From a virus (taxonomy: Duplodnaviria > Caudoviricetes): a stretch of 34,636 nt of DNA. The stretch lies in the IMG/VR virus record IMGVR_UViG_3300050162_000068, positions 1 through 34,636 of that record. The stretch is one strand, 5' to 3'. Position numbers and translations under genes: made by a program. Below are positions 25,977 to 34,564 of this stretch, piece after piece. The notes under the pieces were generated by a model that saw only the letters and a program-made list of their open reading frames with translations, did not search any database and was not told the DNA's origin. Numbering within the stretch: the stretch's first letter is position 1; every line of letters starts with the position of its first letter.

Positions 25977-27884
25977 ATGACCGTATCCACGTCTGTGCGC
26001 AAAGCAGGACCTTTTACCGGGGACGGTTCCACAACGTCCTTTCCTTTCGAATTTAAAGTTTTCAGTACCGGCGATCCTCTCGTTGTCGAAACAACAGATT
26101 CCAGCGGAGATGAATCTACCCTTACGCTGAGTGCGGATTATTCTGTAACATTAAACAGCGATCAGGATAATAGTCCGGGGGGAACGGTTGTTTTATCTGC
26201 GGCTTTAGCCTCTGGTAAAACGTTGGTTATTACTTCTCAGGTCTCACAGACGCAGGAAGTTGATTTAACCAATCAGGCGTCTTTTTATCCTTCGGTACTA
26301 AATACTGAATTTGATAAATTAACAATCCTTATTCAACAGGCTCAGGAACAGATAGATCGTTGCTTGCGTATTAAAGGCGCATATGCTACCGGGTTTGATA
26401 CCAGCCTGCCTGTGCCATCCCCTTTATCCGTTTTAGCCTGGAATGCGGATGGAACTGCGCTTGTAAATTCGAGCCCTTCGGATAGCACTAGCGCCACCGC
26501 TTTGGCTACAGATCTGGCGGGGGTAAACGGCGCACGTCTGGTGGGCAATGCGGCTTTTTATCTCGCGGATGCCTCCGCCGCAAACGTAACGGGGATGCCG
26601 GATGGCGCTGTAGTTCTAGCGGCAGGTATCGGGGGTGATGCTTCAAAATCGGGAATGTTTAAATACCTATCGGCGTCCACAGCTACGGTTGATGGGGTTA
26701 ATATCCTTGCGCCAACAACCGGTAGCGGGCGGTTATCGAGATTGCTGGATTTGAACGGGACCCTTGTAGAATCGATCCGTACAGCGGTTCCTGTGCGTAA
26801 TTTTAAAGCGATGGCGGCAGCAGCACCGTTTAATGTGGAAGAATTCAAATCCAGCGGGACTTCTTACTACAATACTGCGCTACAAGACGCTTTAGACGCC
26901 GCGAATACTTACGGGAATGATGTAAAAATAGGACCGGGTACCTTCAATTTTAATGCTCCGTTTTCGTATTCGATGCCTTCCGCGGGTCTGCAATTAAAGG
27001 GAGCGGGTGTTGGAAGAACAATTCTTAATTTCCCTAATGCGGCGGCGGGGGAAGTAGAGATGTATTTATACTCTTCGACGGATTGGTACGATTTCGTAAT
27101 GTCCGATATGTCTCTCACTTCGGCGCACGCGGGCACTCTGCTGAAGCTGGGTAAAACTGACTTTTCCGATCCTCTTAACGTAGCGCATTTATCCAATTTG
27201 GCAATTTTAAATAGCAAAGCAGATAATGCCGCAATCGCCTTAGATTTAAACTACGTTGTAAATTCTGTTTTAGATAATGTAAGAGCGAATTGCTACGCTA
27301 ACGGTTCAGGTTTAAATTATGGATATGCCTTACGTTGTAATCAGGTAGAATTCACCCACTTTAACGGGGGTAGCTACGGGAACTCCTCTTATGGTATTTC
27401 CTTTCTTACCGGTTACTCCTTTGGTAACGTATTTAGCGCAATTGATAATGAGAACACTAATATCGGTATTTATAACGGTTCCGCGAATTCCGGTTTGCAT
27501 ACCTTTATTGGCGGTCAATTTAGTTTATGGCAGCAATATCTATTACAGGCCCCCACTGGAATAGACCGTAATCGAATTCATTTAATTCATCCTAATATTT
27601 CATCAACCACTAACGTTATTGATACCTCTAATTGCGTTGGTATTGAAATTTCAGGAACTCAAATTCAGGTAACTACTCCAAGCGTGCCGTCGTCCTCCAC
27701 TACATATCGCAATACCACAGGCCGCGCGGTGCAAGTTGCGGTGTGGGGAGGCACGGTATCCGCTATATCCATCAACGGTTACGGGATTGGGGTATCCAGT
27801 GGTACTTTTATTCTGCGACCTGGTGAAACTATTGCGCTGACATATACCGCCACCCCTTCGTGGTATTGGTATTCTATCAGCTAG
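25977..27884 (+). CDS. Tail fibre/tailspike: T7 gp17-like N-terminal anchor + pectin-lyase-like beta-helix
   Basis: GDGSTTSFPFEFKVF...EFDKLTILIQQ anchor; NTALQDALDAA..VKIGPGTF..LKGAG..TIL beta-helix start; Asn/Gly-rich repeats. Confidence 0.85.
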   Translation: MTVSTSVRKAGPFTGDGSTTSFPFEFKVFSTGDPLVVETTDSSGDESTLTLSADYSVTLNSDQDNSPGGTVVLSAALASGKTLVITSQVSQTQEVDLTNQASFYPSVLNTEFDKLTILIQQAQEQIDRCLRIKGAYATGFDTSLPVPSPLSVLAWNADGTALVNSSPSDSTSATALATDLAGVNGARLVGNAAFYLADASAANVTGMPDGAVVLAAGIGGDASKSGMFKYLSASTATVDGVNILAPTTGSGRLSRLLDLNGTLVESIRTAVPVRNFKAMAAAAPFNVEEFKSSGTSYYNTALQDALDAANTYGNDVKIGPGTFNFNAPFSYSMPSAGLQLKGAGVGRTILNFPNAAAGEVEMYLYSSTDWYDFVMSDMSLTSAHAGTLLKLGKTDFSDPLNVAHLSNLAILNSKADNAAIALDLNYVVNSVLDNVRANCYANGSGLNYGYALRCNQVEFTHFNGGSYGNSSYGISFLTGYSFGNVFSAIDNENTNIGIYNGSANSGLHTFIGGQFSLWQQYLLQAPTGIDRNRIHLIHPNISSTTNVIDTSNCVGIEISGTQIQVTTPSVPSSSTTYRNTTGRAVQVAVWGGTVSAISINGYGIGVSSGTFILRPGETIALTYTATPSWYWYSIS

Positions 27885-27896
27885 GGGTGGAAGACG

Positions 27897-28193
27897 ATGA
27901 TACCGGATCATTTTAACCAAGAAGCGATAACGCAGGCGCAGATGGATATCGAGGGGCTTCGGGTAGAGGTCAACCATTTGAGGGATACGGTGAACGAGCT
28001 GAAAGCATCGAACGCCAATACCCTGATAGAATTCAGGGTGGCTAATAAAGAAATCATGGCGATGATCTCCAGCATACAGCAGACCTTATCAGAAGCCCGC
28101 GGGGGGTGGCGTGCGCTGATGTTGGTCGGCGGGGCCGTTACCACGGTATCCGCTCTGGTATATTGGGCGGCGACACATATTCAATGGAGATAG
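27897..28193 (+). CDS. Coiled-coil protein with C-terminal TM helix (holin/antiholin-like)
   Basis: Heptad N-terminus, ARGGWRALMLVGGAVTTVSALVYW; directly before the endolysin. Confidence 0.55.
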   Translation: MIPDHFNQEAITQAQMDIEGLRVEVNHLRDTVNELKASNANTLIEFRVANKEIMAMISSIQQTLSEARGGWRALMLVGGAVTTVSALVYWAATHIQWR

Positions 28194-28197
28194 CAGG

Positions 28198-28674
28198 ATG
28201 GCTGTAATTGACGCGCCCGCCAACGTGCGGGCCTTTCTCGATACGCTGGCTTGGTGCGAGGGCACGGCGGGTAAAGGGGAGGACGGGTATAACATTCTGG
28301 TAAACGATGGTGGAGCGGATGAATTCTTCCACAGCTACAAGGACCACCCGCGAGTGCGGGTATTTCTGAAAGGGCCGAACGTCTATTCAGACGCCGCGGG
28401 GAGATACCAGATTTTAAGCCGCTGGTGGGACCAGTATAAAACGCGTTTGCATTTGCTGGATTTCATGCCGGAGAATCAGGACCGCTACGCTATCAATCTG
28501 ATTAAAGAATGCAAAGCGTATAATCTGATTGTCGGAGGGGCTATCACGGACGCATTCACCGCTTGCCGTTCGCGCTGGGCATCCTTGCCGGGTGCGGGGT
28601 ATAACCAGCGCGAGCGAACCATGGCGGAATGCCTGGCGATGTTCGTCAAAGCAGGCGGTACGATATCCAAATAG
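28198..28674 (+). CDS. Endolysin, lambda R-like lytic transglycosylase
   Basis: AFLDTLAWCEGT, AAGRYQIL, DFMPENQD, WASLPGAGYNQ. Confidence 0.93.
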   Translation: MAVIDAPANVRAFLDTLAWCEGTAGKGEDGYNILVNDGGADEFFHSYKDHPRVRVFLKGPNVYSDAAGRYQILSRWWDQYKTRLHLLDFMPENQDRYAINLIKECKAYNLIVGGAITDAFTACRSRWASLPGAGYNQRERTMAECLAMFVKAGGTISK

Positions 28675-28683
28675 GGGATAATC

Positions 28684-28941
28684 ATGTTTGAAAAATTCTT
28701 GATTGAAAATTGGAAAGACGTATTGCGATATGCACATTCTGTGCGTGCCGCGTATCTGGGAGCGGCAATTGTGGGGGCTTACGACATGTTGCCCGACGAT
28801 GCCAAGGCCTCCCTGCCCAGCTGGACGTTATCAGCTGTTGCGGTATTTGCTCTGGTGGCTGTCATATTTGTCCGTATCGTGCAGCAGCCAGCCCTTACGG
28901 AACAGGCGCGGGGAGATCAGAATGTGGACTCTACTAAGTAA
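28684..28941 (+). CDS. Putative holin
   Basis: LIENWK....HSV, two hydrophobic segments, RIVQQP; follows the endolysin. Confidence 0.7.
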   Translation: MFEKFLIENWKDVLRYAHSVRAAYLGAAIVGAYDMLPDDAKASLPSWTLSAVAVFALVAVIFVRIVQQPALTEQARGDQNVDSTK

Positions 28942-29221
28942 TATAGTGCTGGCTCTTATAGGTTGGCTATTCAAAAGCAAACAGAAAACGGATGCTGAGT
29001 ACGCAAACAGCCGCGCAATAGCGGCGCTGGTTACGGCGGCCAAAAGCGGGCAAAGCGTGACCGCACAATTACAGGAGAATACAGTAAATGCCAATGAAAC
29101 TGAAACTGCACTGGATCGGCTTGATGCTGATCGCGATGATGGCTTTGGCCGGATGCTCGACGCAACAGACCTCGCCCGAAAAGCAGCAGATAACGCCAAT
29201 CGTAACCTGCGAAAAAATTAA
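28922..29221 (+). CDS. Putative i-spanin (Rz-like), 99 aa
   Basis: RBS GGGGAG before ATG 28922; N-terminal TM MWTLLSNIVLALIGWLF, then helical region; overlapped by a lipoprotein gene. Confidence 0.65.
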   Translation: MWTLLSNIVLALIGWLFKSKQKTDAEYANSRAIAALVTAAKSGQSVTAQLQENTVNANETETALDRLDADRDDGFGRMLDATDLARKAADNANRNLRKN

Positions 29222-29456
29222 TCCCGCTCCGTATCCGAAACTAGCCGGATTGGATACCACAAAGCTTGCGGCGCTCAGGGCAGCAAACGATGAAAAAGGG
29301 CTTATCAAATTTTTACAGGACGCCTATTTTAATGCCGTCGCTAGTTACACACAGGGCGCTTATACTTATAACTCTCTGATCATCAAATCCAACGGACTCC
29401 AGGACTGCCTGACAGCTCTGGATAAAAAAGGCTTAATCATTTACCAGGGGAAATAA
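29088..29456 (+). CDS. Putative o-spanin (Rz1-like) lipoprotein
   Basis: RBS AGGAG; signal peptide with lipobox LAGC; starts inside the i-spanin gene in another frame. Confidence 0.75.
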   Translation: MPMKLKLHWIGLMLIAMMALAGCSTQQTSPEKQQITPIVTCEKINPAPYPKLAGLDTTKLAALRAANDEKGLIKFLQDAYFNAVASYTQGAYTYNSLIIKSNGLQDCLTALDKKGLIIYQGK

Positions 29457-29459
29457 ACT

Positions 29460-29855
29460 ATGTCTCTGACTTTAGCGCAAGCCATTGCCGCCGTAGAAAC
29501 AGCGGCTCAGGTTGCTACTGCATTGAAAACCGTAACCGAACTGACCTATGATGCCGCGGTATCTATCTATTCTTACGCCAAGGATATGATCGTAACCGCT
29601 GAACAAGTGTACGGTACCGAAACAGCCGCGGGCAGTTCTAAGCTCTCCGCTGTACTCGCCGCTGTTGGATCATTCGCAACTAGTCTGGGTGCCGATTGGT
29701 CAAAACTGGAAGCGCTGATTACGTCGTTCGTAAATGGCTGCATCAGCTTTTATAATCAATTGATTGCAGGTGTTAAATCAGTCAAAACCGCGGTTACCGA
29801 AACGACTGCCAGTAGTGACGTTACAGCAGATACAACCGCTGCCGTTACTGCCTGA
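29460..29855 (+). CDS. Ala-rich amphipathic protein, weakly LL-H-holin-like
   Basis: RBS AGGGGA; IVTAEQVYG...GSSKLSAVLAAV resembles the AEQ...G..K pattern of that family. Confidence 0.5.
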   Translation: MSLTLAQAIAAVETAAQVATALKTVTELTYDAAVSIYSYAKDMIVTAEQVYGTETAAGSSKLSAVLAAVGSFATSLGADWSKLEALITSFVNGCISFYNQLIAGVKSVKTAVTETTASSDVTADTTAAVTA

Positions 29856-29894
29856 TCGCGCCTTACTTCTTTCTGATACGGAGGAGATCCCACT

Positions 29895-30047
29895 ATGCCA
29901 AGCAAATCCAAGAAGCAGCACCGGCTTATGCAAGCTGTGGCCCACAATAAAAAGTTTGCTAAAAAAGTGGGTATCCCACAAAGCGTAGGAAAAGACTTTT
30001 CAGCAGCGGATGCCGCTGAAAAGTTATACCCCGCGAGAAAATCTTAG
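29895..30047 (+). CDS. Small basic protein, 50 aa (MPSKSKKQHRLMQAVAHNKKFAKKVGIPQSVGKDFSAADAAEKLYPARKS); absent from the ORF track
   Basis: Strong RBS GGAGGAG, ATG 29895, TAG 30045-30047; fills the gap at the end of the late operon. Confidence 0.85.
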   Translation: MPSKSKKQHRLMQAVAHNKKFAKKVGIPQSVGKDFSAADAAEKLYPARKS

Positions 30048-30232
30048 GGCAATTTGTACCGATCACGACAAGGCGCGCAAGCGCCTTTTACCAATCTTTT
30101 AGACCACTCCCCACAGAACTTGCAATACCCCGCAATGCCTTTTTGTATCTTGTTGCTGGTTATGCTTCTTATCTGCATTTCCGTTGATTCCACAATATGG
30201 TCGTTTACCAAATCCACTTCATCACTCATCAT
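30044..30232 (-). CDS. TraR/DksA-like C4 zinc-finger protein
   Basis: MSDEVDLVN N-terminus; CKFC...CAPC. Confidence 0.7.
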   Translation of the reverse strand: MMSDEVDLVNDHIVESTEMQIRSITSNKIQKGIAGYCKFCGEWSKRLVKGACAPCRDRYKLP

Positions 30233-31601
30233 CTTGCGCTCCTCTTGCCGCTTCCATTAAACATTCCTGCACGCTTTTCTTGGTAGACGTGCGACTTATT
30301 ACCACCGTGTCGATTGTATTCTTTGCGATCAGGTGGTAGATAAAAACATCCCGATCTAACCCCGCCTGCTTTTGCCGCATCGGGCCGATGCGCTCGGCGA
30401 TCTGCGCCCTTTGCTCGAAGTCCCACCAGTGCGAGTAATACACCAGCACACGACCACCATACTGCAGATTGAGGCCGTGGCCGGCACTGGCAGGGTGGAT
30501 AAAGGCTATCGGTATCCTGCCCGCGTTCCAGTCATCGATATCAGCTTCGGAATCGATCTTGCGGCCTTGGGGAAACGCCTTTAATAGCATTTCCAGTTCT
30601 GGTTTAAACTGGTAGGCCACCAATATTGCCTCACCGTTCCATTCCTCCACCAGCTGTGCCAGCGCTTCGATTTTTGCCGTGTGTATTACTTCATAAGAAC
30701 CGTTCTCCAGATAGACCGCGCCGCTTGCCATCTGCAAACACTTGACCGATTTAACAGCGGCGTTGGTTGCCTCTACCTCCGACTTGTTGATAACCGCATA
30801 CAGATCGCGTTCCATCTGCTTGTACAGGGCTAGCGCGCGAGCATCCAGATCCACCATGACCGGAATAGTTATCGGTTCCTTTGGATCAAAATAATCGCGA
30901 GCCCGGACGGATACCACGACGTCCTTGATCCGCTCCTGTATCTGATCCTGTGACCAGTCAAATGCCTTGTATTCTTTGGCCGCGGGATTGTTGCCTTTCT
31001 GTATCGCCTGAAACCAGCGGGAGGTGTAGGAGATAAACGTGCGGCCCAGACGTTCGCCGCCATCGATAAACCACAGCTGACCCCAGATATCCAGCAGGCC
31101 GTTAGGGGATGGTGTCCCGGTCAGTTCTATGAGTCGCGTTATGTAGTCGTTTACCGAGGCCAGCGCTTTGGCTCTCTTTGACCCCTGTCGGGACCGGTAA
31201 CCTTTCAGCATTGTACTTTCGTCAACTACGACCGTTTTGAAAGGCCACTTTTTGCCAAAATGCGCTACTAGCCAGGGCACGTTCTCGCGATTAATCGTGT
31301 AGATGTCGGCATCCACCCCTAATGCTGCCAGTCTTTCTTTTTCCGATCCAATACAGACGGACACAGACAGATGCCGCAAGTCATCCCATTTGTCCACTTC
31401 CTGCGGCCACGTTCCCCGCGCTACGCGTTTTGGGGCAATGACCAGTATCTTTCCGGTATCCTCGTAGAGTTTCAGCAGAGCCAGCGCGAATAGAGTAGCG
31501 GAGGTTTTCCCCATACCCATTTCCATCCATACCGCGACACGTAACCGGTGCAATATGGCATCTATGGCGGGCACCTGCCACAGGCGCGGGATCAGTCTCA
31601 T
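30222..31601 (-). CDS. SNF2-family (SF2) helicase
   Basis: MGMGKT, VVVDES, LTGTPSPN, HPASAGHGLNLQYGG; ATG 31601 overlaps the VRR-NUC stop (ATGA). Confidence 0.92.
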   Translation of the reverse strand: MRLIPRLWQVPAIDAILHRLRVAVWMEMGMGKTSATLFALALLKLYEDTGKILVIAPKRVARGTWPQEVDKWDDLRHLSVSVCIGSEKERLAALGVDADIYTINRENVPWLVAHFGKKWPFKTVVVDESTMLKGYRSRQGSKRAKALASVNDYITRLIELTGTPSPNGLLDIWGQLWFIDGGERLGRTFISYTSRWFQAIQKGNNPAAKEYKAFDWSQDQIQERIKDVVVSVRARDYFDPKEPITIPVMVDLDARALALYKQMERDLYAVINKSEVEATNAAVKSVKCLQMASGAVYLENGSYEVIHTAKIEALAQLVEEWNGEAILVAYQFKPELEMLLKAFPQGRKIDSEADIDDWNAGRIPIAFIHPASAGHGLNLQYGGRVLVYYSHWWDFEQRAQIAERIGPMRQKQAGLDRDVFIYHLIAKNTIDTVVISRTSTKKSVQECLMEAARGAQDDE

Positions 31602-31903
31602 AGAGAAGTCCACCGCAACCATGGTTCAAGCACCTGATCGACTTTTTCTTTCGTGTCGATCACTTCTACCCATTGCCCGACGGCGCGCATACGGTTGTGT
31701 TCCCTTTGCTGAGATCCCCTTGCATCTTTGCGCGGGGCTTTCAGTTCAGCCCACAACGTAGCCCCTGAAAAATCCCGCGTTTCGGGTAGCATAGCTACGC
31801 GGTCGGGGGCGTTGTTACGCCCAATCCACTGAACTTTTCTCACGACACCACCGATGGCCTCCACCTGCTTTACAAAATATTTTTCGATATCGGATTCGCG
31901 CAT
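31598..31903 (-). CDS. VRR-NUC nuclease
   Basis: MRESDIEKY...GG..RK...APDR...WAELKAP...Q.REH. Confidence 0.9.
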   Translation of the reverse strand: MRESDIEKYFVKQVEAIGGVVRKVQWIGRNNAPDRVAMLPETRDFSGATLWAELKAPRKDARGSQQREHNRMRAVGQWVEVIDTKEKVDQVLEPWLRWTSL

Positions 31904-31905
31904 AT

Positions 31906-34017
31906 CTAGTCCTTTTTGTAGTAATACGATTCAAAACCGGCGGCGGCCAGTGGGAGACCCTGACTCCATGCTTCCCCTTGCGACATCAGCGCCGCTAAGG
32001 AGTCTGAACTAAAGTCGGTATTGTCTGCCGTTTCCGTAATAAATTCGTCGTGTACGGACATCAGGATCGCATAGCCTGCATCTTCGATACGCGGCATAGA
32101 CCACGCGATGATATCGCAGGCCGCCGCCTGTGTGATGTTTTCAGCCAGCTTACCGCCATACGTCTGCAATCTGCACCACTTGCGGCTGTACTGGTTTATT
32201 CCGGTATACGTGATTTTATTATCTTCAATAGCCGCCTGCGGATAGCACAGGAAGCGACCGGAAGGCAGACGAATACGAAGCCACGCCCCATCCTTCCGTA
32301 TGGCAACCCTGCGGCTGTGGTACGTCATACCGGGATTCGCTATGGCCTGCCGTACCTTGAAATCCAGTTCACGCCACCAGCTGGATATTTCAGGATGCGC
32401 ATACCGCCAGCCACGCTTAAATACTTCGCATGTAAGCCAGGCTTCGTTAGATAGCCCGAACGTAGACCGTTTGTTTTTTAAGGTCCATGCAAGAGAATCC
32501 TTCGCTTCCGACATCAAATCCGTGGGCAAAGTATCCCAGGCATTTTTTGCCATATCTTCCAGATCGATTTGATACGTGGCCGCGAAGGTCAGGAACGCCC
32601 CCACGCCACCCTCGTACCCTAACGCCAGTTCCTGCACTTTACCAATCTGCCGCCAGTTGCCGCCGGCATTTTTGTTTTCGATAACCAGTTCCGGAGATAC
32701 ACGAAAGGAGTTGGCATAGGACAGAATATATAAATCATGGCCTTTACGAATCTCATGCCCTTTTTCATCGGTACCAAGGATTGTATCGTAATCGGTAAAT
32801 GCCTGTAGTTTCCACTGCTCCCCGGCCAGCCACGCCAGCATACGGCCTTCGATATTAGATAAATCCGCAACCACTAACTTTTTCCCGGGGGGCGCGATGA
32901 TTGCGCTGCGCACGGACGAACTGACCAGTTGGGTAACATTGGGGAACGCCAGATCTGCAATGCCGGATTTCAACAGATCAATGCCGTACTGGATATCCTT
33001 ATCTTTCAGAGTTGGGCGCGGCAGGTTTTGCGGCTGGAACATGCGGCCCGCCCAGCGCCCAGTACGCAACGCGCCCCTGAACTGCATCGTGCCGCGCAAT
33101 CGCTGGTCTTCACTCGCCGCTTTTTTAAGTACCTTGTACTTGCTAACCGAAGTTGAGCTGGCTTGTAATCGCAGGGCAAGCAGCTCACGTAAGGCAACCG
33201 GAAGACTATCGTCGTTGATCCGCCGCTCCAGGGTGGACGCTTTCAGGTCGGGCAGGTCTACGCCGTACGCCGCCAGTGCATAGCGTAGCACTGCATCCCG
33301 TTGGGTAGCGGATTCTACCTCACCGTCTGTCATATCCTTCGCTTTACCTGCCAGCCGCCCTTTTTCCCTTTCGATTGCTGAAATAGCCGCTTCGACCAGA
33401 TCTTCATCCACAAGAAATCCGCGATCATTTATACGCTGATCGATCCCCCACAATTTCCAATCGAATTCCGTGATATTCCATTTAGGCATGCGGTTGTAGC
33501 ATGCCCGCATAGCGGTGATATCCAGCCCGCCGTAGGACAGGAAGCGGGCCCACTGTTCTGGATGCGTAAACTTTGTCGCGCGACGTATCTTGCGGTTTTG
33601 CGGTTGCGGTTTGCAGAACAACTGGATCAGGGCTTTACCGTCCTTATCTTTGGCTTGGTCGGTAGGTACCTTGAGGACTTCACACAGCATGCCGAGCGCT
33701 CCCGGTAAACTATGTGAGTAAGCCTGGATCATCGTATCGTGCCATCGGGAAATATCGGTATCGAATCCGATAGTATATCGCAGGATTGTCCGATCGAAAT
33801 GCGAGTTATGCGCCCATAACTCCACGGTCGGATCGTCCATCGCCTCTCTCAGTTCCGGGGTAAAACTATCCCCATTGGCAATATCGAGAACCATGATCGG
33901 ACCGTCATCGATTGCATATTGGAGCATCAGCAATTCCGCGGCCTCGGCGTAACGATGCACCCCGCACTGAATTGGTATTTCAGAAAACGTTTCAGAATCA
34001 ACCCATAATTTAGTCAT
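31906..34017 (-). CDS. DNA polymerase family A with 3'-5' exonuclease
   Basis: Exo DSET, AHNSHFDR, YGGLD; RTGRWAG, QPQNLPR, motif A ADLSNIEGR, motif B RQIGKVQELALGY, motif C VHDE. Confidence 0.95.
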   Translation of the reverse strand: MTKLWVDSETFSEIPIQCGVHRYAEAAELLMLQYAIDDGPIMVLDIANGDSFTPELREAMDDPTVELWAHNSHFDRTILRYTIGFDTDISRWHDTMIQAYSHSLPGALGMLCEVLKVPTDQAKDKDGKALIQLFCKPQPQNRKIRRATKFTHPEQWARFLSYGGLDITAMRACYNRMPKWNITEFDWKLWGIDQRINDRGFLVDEDLVEAAISAIEREKGRLAGKAKDMTDGEVESATQRDAVLRYALAAYGVDLPDLKASTLERRINDDSLPVALRELLALRLQASSTSVSKYKVLKKAASEDQRLRGTMQFRGALRTGRWAGRMFQPQNLPRPTLKDKDIQYGIDLLKSGIADLAFPNVTQLVSSSVRSAIIAPPGKKLVVADLSNIEGRMLAWLAGEQWKLQAFTDYDTILGTDEKGHEIRKGHDLYILSYANSFRVSPELVIENKNAGGNWRQIGKVQELALGYEGGVGAFLTFAATYQIDLEDMAKNAWDTLPTDLMSEAKDSLAWTLKNKRSTFGLSNEAWLTCEVFKRGWRYAHPEISSWWRELDFKVRQAIANPGMTYHSRRVAIRKDGAWLRIRLPSGRFLCYPQAAIEDNKITYTGINQYSRKWCRLQTYGGKLAENITQAAACDIIAWSMPRIEDAGYAILMSVHDEFITETADNTDFSSDSLAALMSQGEAWSQGLPLAAAGFESYYYKKD

Positions 34018-34062
34018 AGAGTCACCGAAAGAATCAGGGGCCAAAACGCGCCCCTTTTAAAA

Positions 34063-34503
34063 TTAATCGCCGTCATACTCCAGCGCATCAAACGTCCGCA
34101 TCATCGCTTTAGATCTCTGATTAGCGGCATCTGGGTTCAAATAAACCAGACCGGCCTCCTGAAAAGCAATATCTATATCGTCCCCTTTCCATGTGTATCC
34201 CAGCGCGCACTGGCCCGGATGTAAATATGGAACCCAGTAATTCTCCCCCGGAGTCATATACCCCTTGTAGGGAGCCGGAGCGCGCATGCCGTTCACAATT
34301 ATTTCTGGAGCTTGTTCCTTGCGTACGCGGTAAGCGTGCCCGGGGCGGTATCCCTCATACGCACTTTTCAATCGCCAATCGCTGCCCCGACCGGTTGAGT
34401 TCACTTCTACCTGCTGGCCCCTGTTCTCTGCGGTGAGGCATTCAATTACGGTATTCCGCCATTCAACCGTTTCCTGTAGATCCTCTTTAAAATCTTCTTC
34501 CAT
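34063..34503 (-). CDS. Phage hypothetical protein (146 aa)
   Basis: RBS GGGGA before ATG 34503 (MEEDFK); the longer track ORF runs through a terminator and the upstream gene. Confidence 0.7.
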   Translation of the reverse strand: MEEDFKEDLQETVEWRNTVIECLTAENRGQQVEVNSTGRGSDWRLKSAYEGYRPGHAYRVRKEQAPEIIVNGMRAPAPYKGYMTPGENYWVPYLHPGQCALGYTWKGDDIDIAFQEAGLVYLNPDAANQRSKAMMRTFDALEYDGD

Positions 34504-34515
34504 TTTGGTATCCCC

Positions 34516-34544
34516 AAAAGAAAAGGAAGCCGGTAAAGGCTTCC
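34516..34544 (-). terminator. Intrinsic terminator after the SSB-like gene
   Basis: On -: GGAAGCC-TTTACC-GGCTTCC followed by TTTTCTTTT. Confidence 0.8.
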
Positions 34545-34564
34545 AAATAAAACGAATAATACGG

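Noticed and set aside
25977-27884. Diversity-generating retroelement, expected from the BPP-1-like architecture
   Set aside because: No reverse transcriptase, avd or TR/VR repeat pair seen in the window; the receptor-binding protein is a beta-helix type rather than Mtd-like
28703-28921. N-terminal extension of track ORF 28703-29221
   Set aside because: Overlaps the holin in another frame; ATG 28922 has an RBS and begins with the TM segment
1288-33283. Numerous antisense and alternate-frame ORFs within long genes
   Set aside because: Shadow ORFs of GC-rich coding sequence with no recognisable motifs
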